64,000 bases of DNA from assembly GCA_022482735.1 (NCBI GenBank), contig JAKVOO010000001.1, positions 838,837-902,836 of the forward strand, written 5' to 3'. The translations under genes were made by a program, and so were the position numbers. The notes beneath the pieces were generated by a model. It was not told where the DNA came from and made no database searches. It saw only the letters and a program-made list of their open reading frames with translations. Of the stretch, positions 55,888 to 64,000 are shown in pieces. Position 1 is the stretch's first letter. Each line of letters opens with the position of its first letter. Origin of the DNA: Bacilli bacterium (GTDB lineage Bacteria > Bacillota_I > Bacilli_A > RFN20 > CAG-826).

Positions 55888-56787
55888 TGAAAGAAAAAAT
55901 CGAAGACTATGCCAAAATTTTGGATACAAGTTACGATGGAGTCTATTTCGTTGATAAGGACCGAAAGATTTTATATTGGAATAAAGAGGCGGAAAAAATT
56001 TCCGGTTACGGAGAAAAGGAAGTCGTTAACTACCACTGCTTTGACAATATTTTAAACCATGTTGATGAGGAAGGGGTATGCCTATGTACGACGGCCTGTC
56101 CTTTGTCCAAAACCATGAGTGATGGTATTCGCCGAGAAGCTAAAGTGTATCTTCATCATAAAAAGGGGCATCGCGTCGCAGTCACTATTCGCACAGTTCC
56201 TTTGATTGTAAATGGTGAGATTGTCGGTGCTTTTGAGTTTTTCGTTCATAATAATGATAACCTTCCCATGTCCAAGATTGACGAACTTACTTATTTGGCT
56301 CTGCATGACCAATTGACTGGTATTCCTAATCGACGATATATTGATTCAACTCTCAAGAATTTTATCCGACAATATAACGATCTAAGTCTTTCCTTTTCCG
56401 TTATGATGATCGATATCGATCACTTTAAATTGATTAATGATACTTATGGCCATGATATGGGCGATAAAGTACTAAAAATGGTTGCCACCACGCTTTCGGA
56501 TATATTCACTGAGCCGACCTTTATCGGTCGGTGGGGCGGAGAGGAATTTATGGTCATATCCGCTTGCCATTCTCCCCATGAATTAGAAGAAATTGCCAAT
56601 CATGCTATTACTTTAGTGAATAACTCCAGTTTTGTGGACCATGGCAATAATATATCGGTGACCATTCTCCATTGGGATTACCATTGCCCAAAAAGACGAT
56701 GATGAAGAGGCAATCACTCGACGAGCTGATCAAGGAATGTATGAAATCAAAGCGCAAGGCCGAAATCGGTTTACATTTATAAAATAA
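55888..56787 (+). CDS. PAS-GGDEF diguanylate cyclase (frameshift near 56665)
   Basis: DQLTGIPNRR, DIDHFKLINDTYGH..GD, RWGGEEF. Removing one T restores TISIG..RADQGMYEIK.QGRN with a stop at 56787. Confidence 0.9.
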
Positions 56788-56814
56788 AGGACACACTAAT
56801 GTGTGCCCTTTTTT
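56786..56814. terminator. Bidirectional terminator
   Basis: AAAGG-ACACA-CTAA-TGTGT-GCCCTTTTTT between convergent genes. Confidence 0.6.
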
Positions 56815-56819
56815 ATTTA

Positions 56820-58271
56820 TTATAGGGCTTCGGCTCCAAAGTCCTCAACGAACTTGGCTCTTAATCTCTCTTGCCAATCGCCATTTTCCTCTAAACGTCC
56901 AATAAAGAAACGCATAACTTTTGGCTCTTCAACAAAGTGGAGTCCTCCGATAAGATGACGATTTTCGAAAAGCCAATTTAAGCGATCAGCAATAAAAGTT
57001 ATTTGCGAAAGCGTAAATACTCGTCGGGGGAGCGCAAGACGAACAAGTTCCATGCTGGCGGGATGTTCGCTGCCATCGGCATTTCGTGTTTCTGATATCG
57101 TCCCCCGTTCCATCCCGCGGGCGCCACTGACGATAAATATTGCCGCAGCTAATGCTCCCGCCGGATATTCTTCCGATTTAACGTGAGGAATGAACGCCCG
57201 GGCATTAAGATGCAGTCCTAATCCGCCAAATGGAGTGATAACCGGAATGCCATTTTTTTGGAGCATTTGTCCAAAAGCCGCGATAAACTCTGGACCCTGG
57301 GATATCATGTCGATATCTAGTGTTTCCTCAATGCCTATAGCCAAGGCTTCCATTTCACGAACGGACATACCTCCATAAGTAAGAAAACCTTCAAATAATG
57401 GAATAAGGTTTTTCATCTGATCAAAGAGTTCCTTGTGAGGAGTTACGATACCCCCACCGCGCGCACTACCGAGTTTTCGTCCGGAGAAATAGATGATATC
57501 GGCTGTCTTAGCTATCGCTAAAACAATTTCGTGGATGCTCATATTTTTTGCTTGGGGCTCACGGGTTTTAATAAAGAAAAGATTATCCGATAAAAGGGAA
57601 GCGTCAATTACCAACATGATTTTGTTTTGGCGACAAAACGCACCAACTTCTTCAATATTTTTCAAGGAAACTGGTTGCCCGCCAATGAGGTTTGTTCCCA
57701 TTTCTAATCGCACAAAGGGGATCCTATCTTTACCGACACGATCAATAAGCGCCTTTAATTTTTCGATATCCATATCACCCTTAAATGGATTATCGCTTTC
57801 TGGAATAATCGCTTTGTCAAAAAAACATTCCTCGACGCTTCCTTTGCACTCCATGATATGTGCTTTGGTCGTGGTAAAATGATAGTTCATTGGAACGATA
57901 TCATCGGGTTTGACAAATACTTTAGCCAGTATATGCTCACAAGCCCTTCCCTGATGGGCGGGAAGGAAAAACTTCATACCAAAGAAGTCCTGCAAAGCTT
58001 TCTCCAAACGAAAGAAAGTCTCACTTCCCGCGTAAGAATCATCGGCGATGGACATCGAGGCTATTTGCCGATCACTCATCGCATTAGTTCCGCTGTCGGT
58101 CAACATATCCAGAAAAACATCCCGATTTCTTAAAAGAAAAGTGTTATTCCCGGCTTCCTGAATAGCCTGTAATCGCTCATCAATGGGAAGTAAATTTAAC
58201 TTTTGAACAACTCTGACTTTGTGCATTTCTAATGGAAATGGCTCGGCTTTAAATCTAGCAATGTGGAACAT
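56820..58271 (-). CDS. tpl: PLP beta-eliminating lyase (tryptophanase/tyrosine phenol-lyase family) with TPL-type specificity residues
   Basis: DMLTDSGTNAMS, DDSYAG, HQGR, HFTTT, SGRK (PLP Lys), EGFLTYGGM, MERG, RLALPRR, MRFF. Confidence 0.8.
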   Translation of the reverse strand: MFHIARFKAEPFPLEMHKVRVVQKLNLLPIDERLQAIQEAGNNTFLLRNRDVFLDMLTDSGTNAMSDRQIASMSIADDSYAGSETFFRLEKALQDFFGMKFFLPAHQGRACEHILAKVFVKPDDIVPMNYHFTTTKAHIMECKGSVEECFFDKAIIPESDNPFKGDMDIEKLKALIDRVGKDRIPFVRLEMGTNLIGGQPVSLKNIEEVGAFCRQNKIMLVIDASLLSDNLFFIKTREPQAKNMSIHEIVLAIAKTADIIYFSGRKLGSARGGGIVTPHKELFDQMKNLIPLFEGFLTYGGMSVREMEALAIGIEETLDIDMISQGPEFIAAFGQMLQKNGIPVITPFGGLGLHLNARAFIPHVKSEEYPAGALAAAIFIVSGARGMERGTISETRNADGSEHPASMELVRLALPRRVFTLSQITFIADRLNWLFENRHLIGGLHFVEEPKVMRFFIGRLEENGDWQERLRAKFVEDFGAEAL

Positions 58272-58300
58272 ATAGTTCTCCTTTCTAAACGGGAGAAAAT

Positions 58301-58553
58301 AAAAAACGATTTTCTCCTTGCTTTCACAGGGACGAAAATCGTTCAGATATTCCGCGGTACCACCCTAATTATGGCCATTGCCATCACTTATCGAGTCCAA
58401 CAACTCTAGTCGTTTTAACGGACAACTACCGGGAGTGCCTACTAGTTTCAGCCTCCGACTCCGAAGTGTATATTTTGTTTCGATCTAATTTCCATTTGCA
58501 CCGCGACTGGACTCTCTAAATTTAGATTTGAAACTTTTCTCTTCATCAACGTC
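58301..58553 (-). ncRNA. T-box riboswitch leader, Tyr (UAC) specifier
   Basis: Stem I 58553-58457 with AGAGA bulge, GGUGCAA loop and specifier loop AAAAUA-UAC-A (UAC 58470-58468). AGUA and CCGUUA boxes. T-box AAUUAGGGUGGUACCGCGG (58370-58352) with partner CGUCCCU. Terminator 58343-58301. Confidence 0.93.
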
Positions 58554-58574
58554 TTTTAATATTTGGTTAACTAT

Positions 58575-58602
58575 ATTCTATCGGCAGCAGTTAATAAGTC
58601 AA
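58575..58602 (-). promoter_or_regulatory. Sigma-A promoter of the T-box leader
   Basis: TTGACT, 16 bp spacer, TAGAAT. Confidence 0.6.
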
Positions 58603-58625
58603 TGTTTTTCGTAATAAATTACTTA

Positions 58626-60482
58626 CTATTCACTCATCGCATCAAATTGGCTGTTGTACAAATCGGCGTAAAAACCATTTTTACTTAACAATTCAACATG
58701 GGTGCCGCTTTCGACTACATTTCCATCCTTCAAAACTAATATCAAATCAGCATTTTTAATAGTCGACAAGCGATGGGCAATGACAAAACTCGTCCGCCCA
58801 TGCATAAGTCGATCCATTGCTTTTTGAATAATAATTTCGGTTCTGGTATCAACTGAACTTGTAGCCTCATCTAAGATTAATAAAGGGGCATCAACAATCA
58901 TCGCCCGGGCGATGGTCATCAATTGTTTTTGGCCGGCGGAAAGATTTAATTTATCAGTCAAAATGGTCTCATAACCGTTAGGAAGTGTGCGAATGAAGAA
59001 ATCAATACCCGCAACTTTACAGGCTTCCTTGACCATCTCGTCAGTTACCCCTTTGCGATTATAGGCAATATTTTCCTTAATAGTTCCTTCAAAGAGCCAC
59101 GTGTCCTGAAGAACCATACAGAATTGGTCATGAACATTTTCCCGCGGAACATCCAAAGTGGAAGTCCCATCAATTTTGATTTGGCCATCTTCAACTTCAT
59201 AAAAGCGCATTAGAAGATTGACTAGTGTAGTTTTACCCGCACCGGTCGGACCGACAATCGCTATCTTCTGCCCAGCTTTAGCTTTCATTGAAAAGTCGGG
59301 AATAATAATTTTGTCACTATCATACCCAAATTTGACGTGATTAAATTCAACATCACCCTTTACATATTGCAAGGTTTTTGTTTTATCAAACTCAGCATTT
59401 AACTCTGGCTCATCAAGAAAACTAAACACTCTTTCGGAAGCGGCCGCTCCCGATTGAATACGATTCGCGGCTTGAGCAAATTGCGACATTGGCTGAGTGA
59501 ATAAACGGATATATAGCATGAATGAAGCAATTACTCCAAATTGAATTTTTCCATTGATCGCCAACAGAGCCCCGACTATGGAAACCACAACATAACCAAA
59601 GTTACCGATAAATTGCATAATCGGCATCATTAGTCCAGAGAGAAATTGCGACCTCCAAGCATTGATAAATAAATCATCATTCATGCGATTAAAACTTTTT
59701 AGCGCAGCCTTTTCTCCATTATAGGCCTTGACTATGGTATGCCCGGAGTATACTTCTTCTATATGACCGTTTATCGCTCCAAGTCCGTTTTGCTGATTGA
59801 GAAAGTACTTTTGTGATTTTTTAATGATGATTATCATTAATAAGAAACCGATTAAAGTGGACGCCACCGCCGCAAAAGCCATAATATAATTGGTAAGAAA
59901 CATCATAATAAGTGAACCAAAAAACATGGTTATGGCACTAACCAAGGTCCCTAAACTTTGGTTTAAAGTTTGGGCAATCGTATCCACATCATTGGTTACC
60001 CGACTTAAGACATCTCCGTAAGAATTATTATCAAAATACTTGAGAGGAAGGCGATTAATTTTATGATCAATGTCCCGTCTTAGTTTATAAGAGAGGCGTT
60101 GGGCAATCGTCGCCATAATATAACTTTGAATATAATTGAAAATAAAGCCTAGACCATAGATAACAATAAGAAAGATAGATAGTTTTTTGATTTCGGGTAA
60201 ATTGATGGTTCCGGTGATTCCATTGACAATATAATTGGTGATGTCACCAATTTTTTGGGGACCGATAATATTAAGTATAGTGCCGGCTATAGCTAAGATA
60301 ATGGCAATCGCGCCAAAAATTACAAAACTTTTACCATAGGCAAATAGTTTGCTGACGGAGCCTTTAAAATCTTTAGCCTTTTCTCCAGGAGCAAAACCAC
60401 CATGACCAACCCGTCCTCCCATACCCATCTTCGGATTATTCTTATAAGTGGCACTTACCGCTTTTTCTTTACTATCACTCAT
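58626..60482 (-). CDS. Heterodimeric ABC exporter subunit
   Basis: GPTGAGKTT, LSAGQKQ, LILDEATS, AHRLST. Confidence 0.93.
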   Translation of the reverse strand: MSDSKEKAVSATYKNNPKMGMGGRVGHGGFAPGEKAKDFKGSVSKLFAYGKSFVIFGAIAIILAIAGTILNIIGPQKIGDITNYIVNGITGTINLPEIKKLSIFLIVIYGLGFIFNYIQSYIMATIAQRLSYKLRRDIDHKINRLPLKYFDNNSYGDVLSRVTNDVDTIAQTLNQSLGTLVSAITMFFGSLIMMFLTNYIMAFAAVASTLIGFLLMIIIIKKSQKYFLNQQNGLGAINGHIEEVYSGHTIVKAYNGEKAALKSFNRMNDDLFINAWRSQFLSGLMMPIMQFIGNFGYVVVSIVGALLAINGKIQFGVIASFMLYIRLFTQPMSQFAQAANRIQSGAAASERVFSFLDEPELNAEFDKTKTLQYVKGDVEFNHVKFGYDSDKIIIPDFSMKAKAGQKIAIVGPTGAGKTTLVNLLMRFYEVEDGQIKIDGTSTLDVPRENVHDQFCMVLQDTWLFEGTIKENIAYNRKGVTDEMVKEACKVAGIDFFIRTLPNGYETILTDKLNLSAGQKQLMTIARAMIVDAPLLILDEATSSVDTRTEIIIQKAMDRLMHGRTSFVIAHRLSTIKNADLILVLKDGNVVESGTHVELLSKNGFYADLYNSQFDAMSE

Positions 60483-62244
60483 GATTTAATTCCTCCTGGG
60501 TAAGCTGAGATAAAGCTATCTCGCGATAGACTTCACAGTTTGTTAGCAAATCTTGGTGCTTTCCATAGCCGACAATCTTGCCCTCATCAAGAACAAGAAT
60601 ATGGTCGGCATCCTTAATGGTTCCAATTCTTTGAGCAACGATAATACTTGTCACTCCTTGCGAATACTTGCGTAACGCCTCGCGCAACAGTTTATCAGTC
60701 TTATAATCCAACGCCGAGAAGGAATCATCAAACACATAGATTTCCGGCTTTTTATAGATGGCACGAGCGATTGAAATACGCTGCTTTTGCCCTCCGCTAA
60801 AATTGGATCCTCCCTGCGCAACTTGTGCTAACTCCTGCTTAGGAAGTTGATGCACAAAATCTTCCGCTTGAGCAATTTTTAATGCTTGAAGGATATCTTC
60901 CTTTTCCTGCTCCGCACTACTATCCGTTTTCGAACCATAGGTAACATTGGAAGCGATGGTTCCGCTGAACAGAATCGCTTTCTGCGATACATAGCCAATT
61001 TTTTGATGAAGGTTTTCCTGCGAATATTCTTTGACGTTAATCCCGTCAATAAGAATCTCTCCTTGCGACACATCATAGAAGCGAGGCAATAGATTAACAA
61101 GAGTACTCTTTCCACTTCCGGTAGCACCGATAATGGCTAAACTTTCTCCTTGATGAAGGGTGAAGCTAATATTTTCCAAAACATTTTCCACGGCATCAGG
61201 GTAGGCAAAGAATACATTGCGAAACTCAACATCACCGCTCGAATCGCTAACTAAATCATTATTTTTGCCATCAATAATCCGCGGTTTGGTATCTAAGACT
61301 GCCATAATCCGTTTGGCCGAAACACTCGCTCGCGGTAGCATAATGAATATCATCGTCAACATCATAAAAGACATAATAACCTGCATAGCGTAAGAGGAGA
61401 AAACTATCATATCGGAAAACACTTGAATACGATTGCTAAAGGAAGCGTTATTAATAAGAATAGCGCCGATCCAATATATGGCCACCGATAAACCAGAAGC
61501 AATGATTGTCATTGTCGGTTGAATGATGGCCATTAACCGGTTGGTAAAAAGATTAGTTTTTGTAAGTTTGATATTGGCACTATCAAATTTATTCTCCTGA
61601 TAGTCTTCAGCATTATAGGCTCTAATCACTCGTAAACCCGATAAATTTTCGCGCGTGACGCGGTTCAAACTATCGGTCAAATTTTGGATAATTTTAAACT
61701 TTGGCACGGCAAAGATAATGATAACGCTAAGCATTGATACAAGAATTACAACTCCAATTGCCGTTGATAGAGTCCATTCCCAACTCTTGTTATATATTTT
61801 GATAATGGCCCATACCGCCATGATTGGCGCACGAACAATAAACTGAAGTCCCATGCCAATAAACATTTGAATTTGTGTAATATCATTAGTGGAGCGAGTG
61901 ATAAGACTGGCCGTTGAGAAATTATTTATTTCTTCCATCGAAAAAGAAATAGTTTTGTTGAACACTTCTTTTCGTAACCGCATTGCCATTGTCGCGGCAA
62001 CAAATGAAGATAAAAACCCAATTGCTACCGCTGCAATCACACTTCCGATTGCACATAAGAGCATGTATCCTCCTTGAATGAGAATATCCTGCATTGCGCT
62101 TCCTTCGGTCTCAACGAGGGTAGTAATTTCCTGCATATACTCTGGTAGTTTTAAATCGAGCCAGACTTGAGCAACAATAAAAACAATACTTATGAGAATG
62201 GCCAACCATTCTTTTATTTTTAAATACTTAAAAATTCTTACCAT
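60475..62244 (-). CDS. Heterodimeric ABC exporter subunit (degenerate Walker B / switch)
   Basis: GATGSGKST, FSGGQKQR, FDDSFSALD, AQR. Confidence 0.93.
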   Translation of the reverse strand: MVRIFKYLKIKEWLAILISIVFIVAQVWLDLKLPEYMQEITTLVETEGSAMQDILIQGGYMLLCAIGSVIAAVAIGFLSSFVAATMAMRLRKEVFNKTISFSMEEINNFSTASLITRSTNDITQIQMFIGMGLQFIVRAPIMAVWAIIKIYNKSWEWTLSTAIGVVILVSMLSVIIIFAVPKFKIIQNLTDSLNRVTRENLSGLRVIRAYNAEDYQENKFDSANIKLTKTNLFTNRLMAIIQPTMTIIASGLSVAIYWIGAILINNASFSNRIQVFSDMIVFSSYAMQVIMSFMMLTMIFIMLPRASVSAKRIMAVLDTKPRIIDGKNNDLVSDSSGDVEFRNVFFAYPDAVENVLENISFTLHQGESLAIIGATGSGKSTLVNLLPRFYDVSQGEILIDGINVKEYSQENLHQKIGYVSQKAILFSGTIASNVTYGSKTDSSAEQEKEDILQALKIAQAEDFVHQLPKQELAQVAQGGSNFSGGQKQRISIARAIYKKPEIYVFDDSFSALDYKTDKLLREALRKYSQGVTSIIVAQRIGTIKDADHILVLDEGKIVGYGKHQDLLTNCEVYREIALSQLTQEELNHE

Positions 62245-62273
62245 AAAGGTCTCCTATAAATTTCAAAACGACT

Positions 62274-62699
62274 TTATTCCAAATTAGCCTTAATCTTATC
62301 GATAGTAGCGAAGAAACTATTCATTTCTTCATCGCTAATTCCCTTGCGCATACTGCCTTCAATCCCGTGAAGAATCTTTTCAATTAATAGATGCTTATCC
62401 CGTGCCTTCTGTGTGAGGACAATCTGCTTTTGGCGGGCATCATTTTTTGAAGGTATGCGTTCAATCATTCCATTACTCTCCATCAAAGCCAACATTCGAG
62501 AAATAGTTGAACGCCGCATCGAGAATTTTTTTTCAAAATCCCGTTGGTATACTTCTTGGTCATGATTACTTGCAATATAGTGAATAATCAATCCATGAAC
62601 TCCCGTTGTTTTATGAAAGTCTATAGCGGCTTCACTAGCGACTCTCCTTTTAACCAGATTGCCAATATTTCGCATTTCTAATCCAATTGATCGTTCCAT
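62274..62699 (-). CDS. MarR-family regulator
   Basis: VYQRDFE..RRSTISRML..ME..IER..DARQK..LT. Confidence 0.9.
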   Translation of the reverse strand: MERSIGLEMRNIGNLVKRRVASEAAIDFHKTTGVHGLIIHYIASNHDQEVYQRDFEKKFSMRRSTISRMLALMESNGMIERIPSKNDARQKQIVLTQKARDKHLLIEKILHGIEGSMRKGISDEEMNSFFATIDKIKANLE

Positions 62700-62717
62700 A
62701 ATTTGCCTCCTAATTTT

Positions 62718-62760
62718 GTTAGCATGCTAACGTTTTATCACTATCGATAATTAATGTCAA
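62718..62760 (-). promoter_or_regulatory. marR promoter and operator
   Basis: TTGACA, 17 bp spacer, TAAAAC with extended TG. Perfect palindrome GTTAGCATGCTAAC at 62718-62731. Confidence 0.7.
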
Positions 62761-62849
62761 TTAAAATAAAGCGCTATCTTAATAAATAACAAAAAAGCTC
62801 TTTTATAAAGGATGGCAAAAAACAATTGATAGAGTAAAATAACCCTGTT

Positions 62850-63545
62850 ATGGAAAATGTAATTAATAGTCGCCGGCAAATATCAGAATCATTAATTGTT
62901 GCCGTTTTCTTAACCCTTTCAGGAGGGTTTATGGATGCCTATTCATATCTTGTCCGCGACCATGTCTTTGCCAATGCTCAAACGGGAAATCTTCTTTTGC
63001 TCGGAATTAATTTATCAACTGGAAATTTCTCGGTCGCGACTCATTACTTATTTCCCATACTGGCTTTTGCCCTTGGTATTGCATTGTCTGAGGTAATTCG
63101 CCACTCATTTAAAAATAAGGTCCACTTTCATTGGCGGCAGATGACCCTTTTAATCGAAATTGTGATTCTTATTGGAGTTGCATTTATTCCTAAAAGTGAA
63201 AATTTGATTGCTAATAGTTTGATTTCTTTTGCCTGTGGCGAACAGGTGGAAAGTTTTCGCAAAGTCAATGGAACCGGCATTGCCACCACTATGTGCATCG
63301 GCAATTTACGAAGTGCCACTCAATCTTTTTGCGATTACAGTTTTACCAAAAGCAAAAAATCATTAAACGAGGGCTTTATTTATTTTCTTATTGTTCTTAT
63401 TTTCGTTATTGGAGCAGTCATCGCTTATTACTTTATTCAATGGCTCGATGTAAAAGCTATTATGATAAGTTCTATTCCGTTAATTATTAGTTTTATTCTT
63501 CTTTTTGATTATCGAAAACTCCCCACAAATTCTTCCAAAATATAA
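62850..63545 (+). CDS. YoaK / DUF1275 membrane protein
   Basis: GGFMDAYSY, FANAQTGN, ATTMCIGNLR. Confidence 0.9.
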   Translation: MENVINSRRQISESLIVAVFLTLSGGFMDAYSYLVRDHVFANAQTGNLLLLGINLSTGNFSVATHYLFPILAFALGIALSEVIRHSFKNKVHFHWRQMTLLIEIVILIGVAFIPKSENLIANSLISFACGEQVESFRKVNGTGIATTMCIGNLRSATQSFCDYSFTKSKKSLNEGFIYFLIVLIFVIGAVIAYYFIQWLDVKAIMISSIPLIISFILLFDYRKLPTNSSKI

Positions 63546-63546
63546 T

Positions 63547-63570
63547 AAAAGAGCGGCCAGGCCGCTCCTA
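63547..63570. terminator. Terminator hairpin between convergent genes
   Basis: AAAAGAGCGGC-CAG-GCCGCTC. Confidence 0.6.
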
Positions 63571-63969
63571 TCACGACAAATTCATTTTAATCATCGGCAT
63601 ATAATCTACCGGACGGAAACCCTTATGCATATAAACTGCTTTTGCCTGCTTATTATCCATATTTACAAGAAGAGAAATTGCTCGATGATGAGGAAATTGT
63701 TTTTCCACAAATTCAATCATTTTACTGGCAATACCCCGCCTTTGATATTCCGGTTTAATATATAGTTCATCAATAGTAATCATCTCTCCTCCCAGCTCAT
63801 TTGAGTAAGAGAAAGTCAAAAGCATATAACTAGCCACCTTACCATTTATTTCGTAGACGTAGCCTTCCAATAACGGATTGCTCGCAATTAATTGAACAAA
63901 TGTCGATTCTAAATGCTTGGGATCCTTTGGCTCGATAAGGGCTTTTGACGTATAAAAACTTTTTGACAT
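63571..63969 (-). CDS. GNAT acetyltransferase (start may lie beyond the window)
   Basis: IDELYIKPEYQRRGIAS, AVYMHKGF. Confidence 0.85.
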   Translation of the reverse strand: MSKSFYTSKALIEPKDPKHLESTFVQLIASNPLLEGYVYEINGKVASYMLLTFSYSNELGGEMITIDELYIKPEYQRRGIASKMIEFVEKQFPHHRAISLLVNMDNKQAKAVYMHKGFRPVDYMPMIKMNLS

Positions 63970-64000
63970 CGCAAAGTAATCATTGCGATCTTTCTTTAAA

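Noticed and set aside
1620..56702. Programmed frameshifting, phase variation or alternative genetic code
   Set aside because: Breaks are frame changes rather than in-frame TGA. There is no shared slippery motif or long repeat tract, and TGA is used as a normal stop.
58301..58553. Trp T-box controlling a tryptophanase
   Set aside because: The specifier loop has no UGG. UAC precedes the conserved purine, and the UGGU bulge fits discriminator A, not G.
62718..62731. GTTAG-N4-CTAAC as a further feo-type box
   Set aside because: The spacer differs and the site sits in the marR promoter, so it is better explained as the MarR operator.
626..63765. Short antisense or nested ORFs in the track (e.g. 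4517..4774, 10081..10473, 57493..57882)
   Set aside because: They overlap well-supported genes and show no recognisable motifs.
1..64000. CRISPR array, IS/prophage, rRNA/tRNA or defence system
   Set aside because: No spaced direct repeats, transposase, integrase or structural RNA signatures seen. The repeats found are diverged protein-level modules.

Overview
AT-rich bacterial chromosomal segment using the standard code. The Ser-rich 'LxxC' lipoproteins, sigma-A promoters and a T-box suggest a Bacillota/Bacilli-like genome (inference). About 1-46.5 kb holds three glycan-utilisation loci with GH2, GH43, GH51, GH10 and GH1 enzymes, three sugar ABC sets lacking an ATPase, one LacI regulator and two COG4189-type ArsR regulators. 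These loci also carry non-catalytic surface proteins built from tandem beta-rich modules, two families of which I cannot assign. A feoAAB-DtxR/MntR block and an AIM24/TMEM43-like pair interrupt them. The right third has housekeeping genes, a divergent c-di-GMP pair, a MarR-ABC exporter and the most striking item. That item is a beta-eliminating lyase with tyrosine-phenol-lyase specificity residues behind a complete T-box with a Tyr (UAC) specifier. It is therefore predicted to be induced by tyrosine starvation, which suggests tyrosine synthesis from phenol rather than catabolism. About 14 genes carry single-base frameshifts, most of those inspected in short homopolymers and probably long-read errors. 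No rRNA, tRNA, CRISPR or mobile element was seen.
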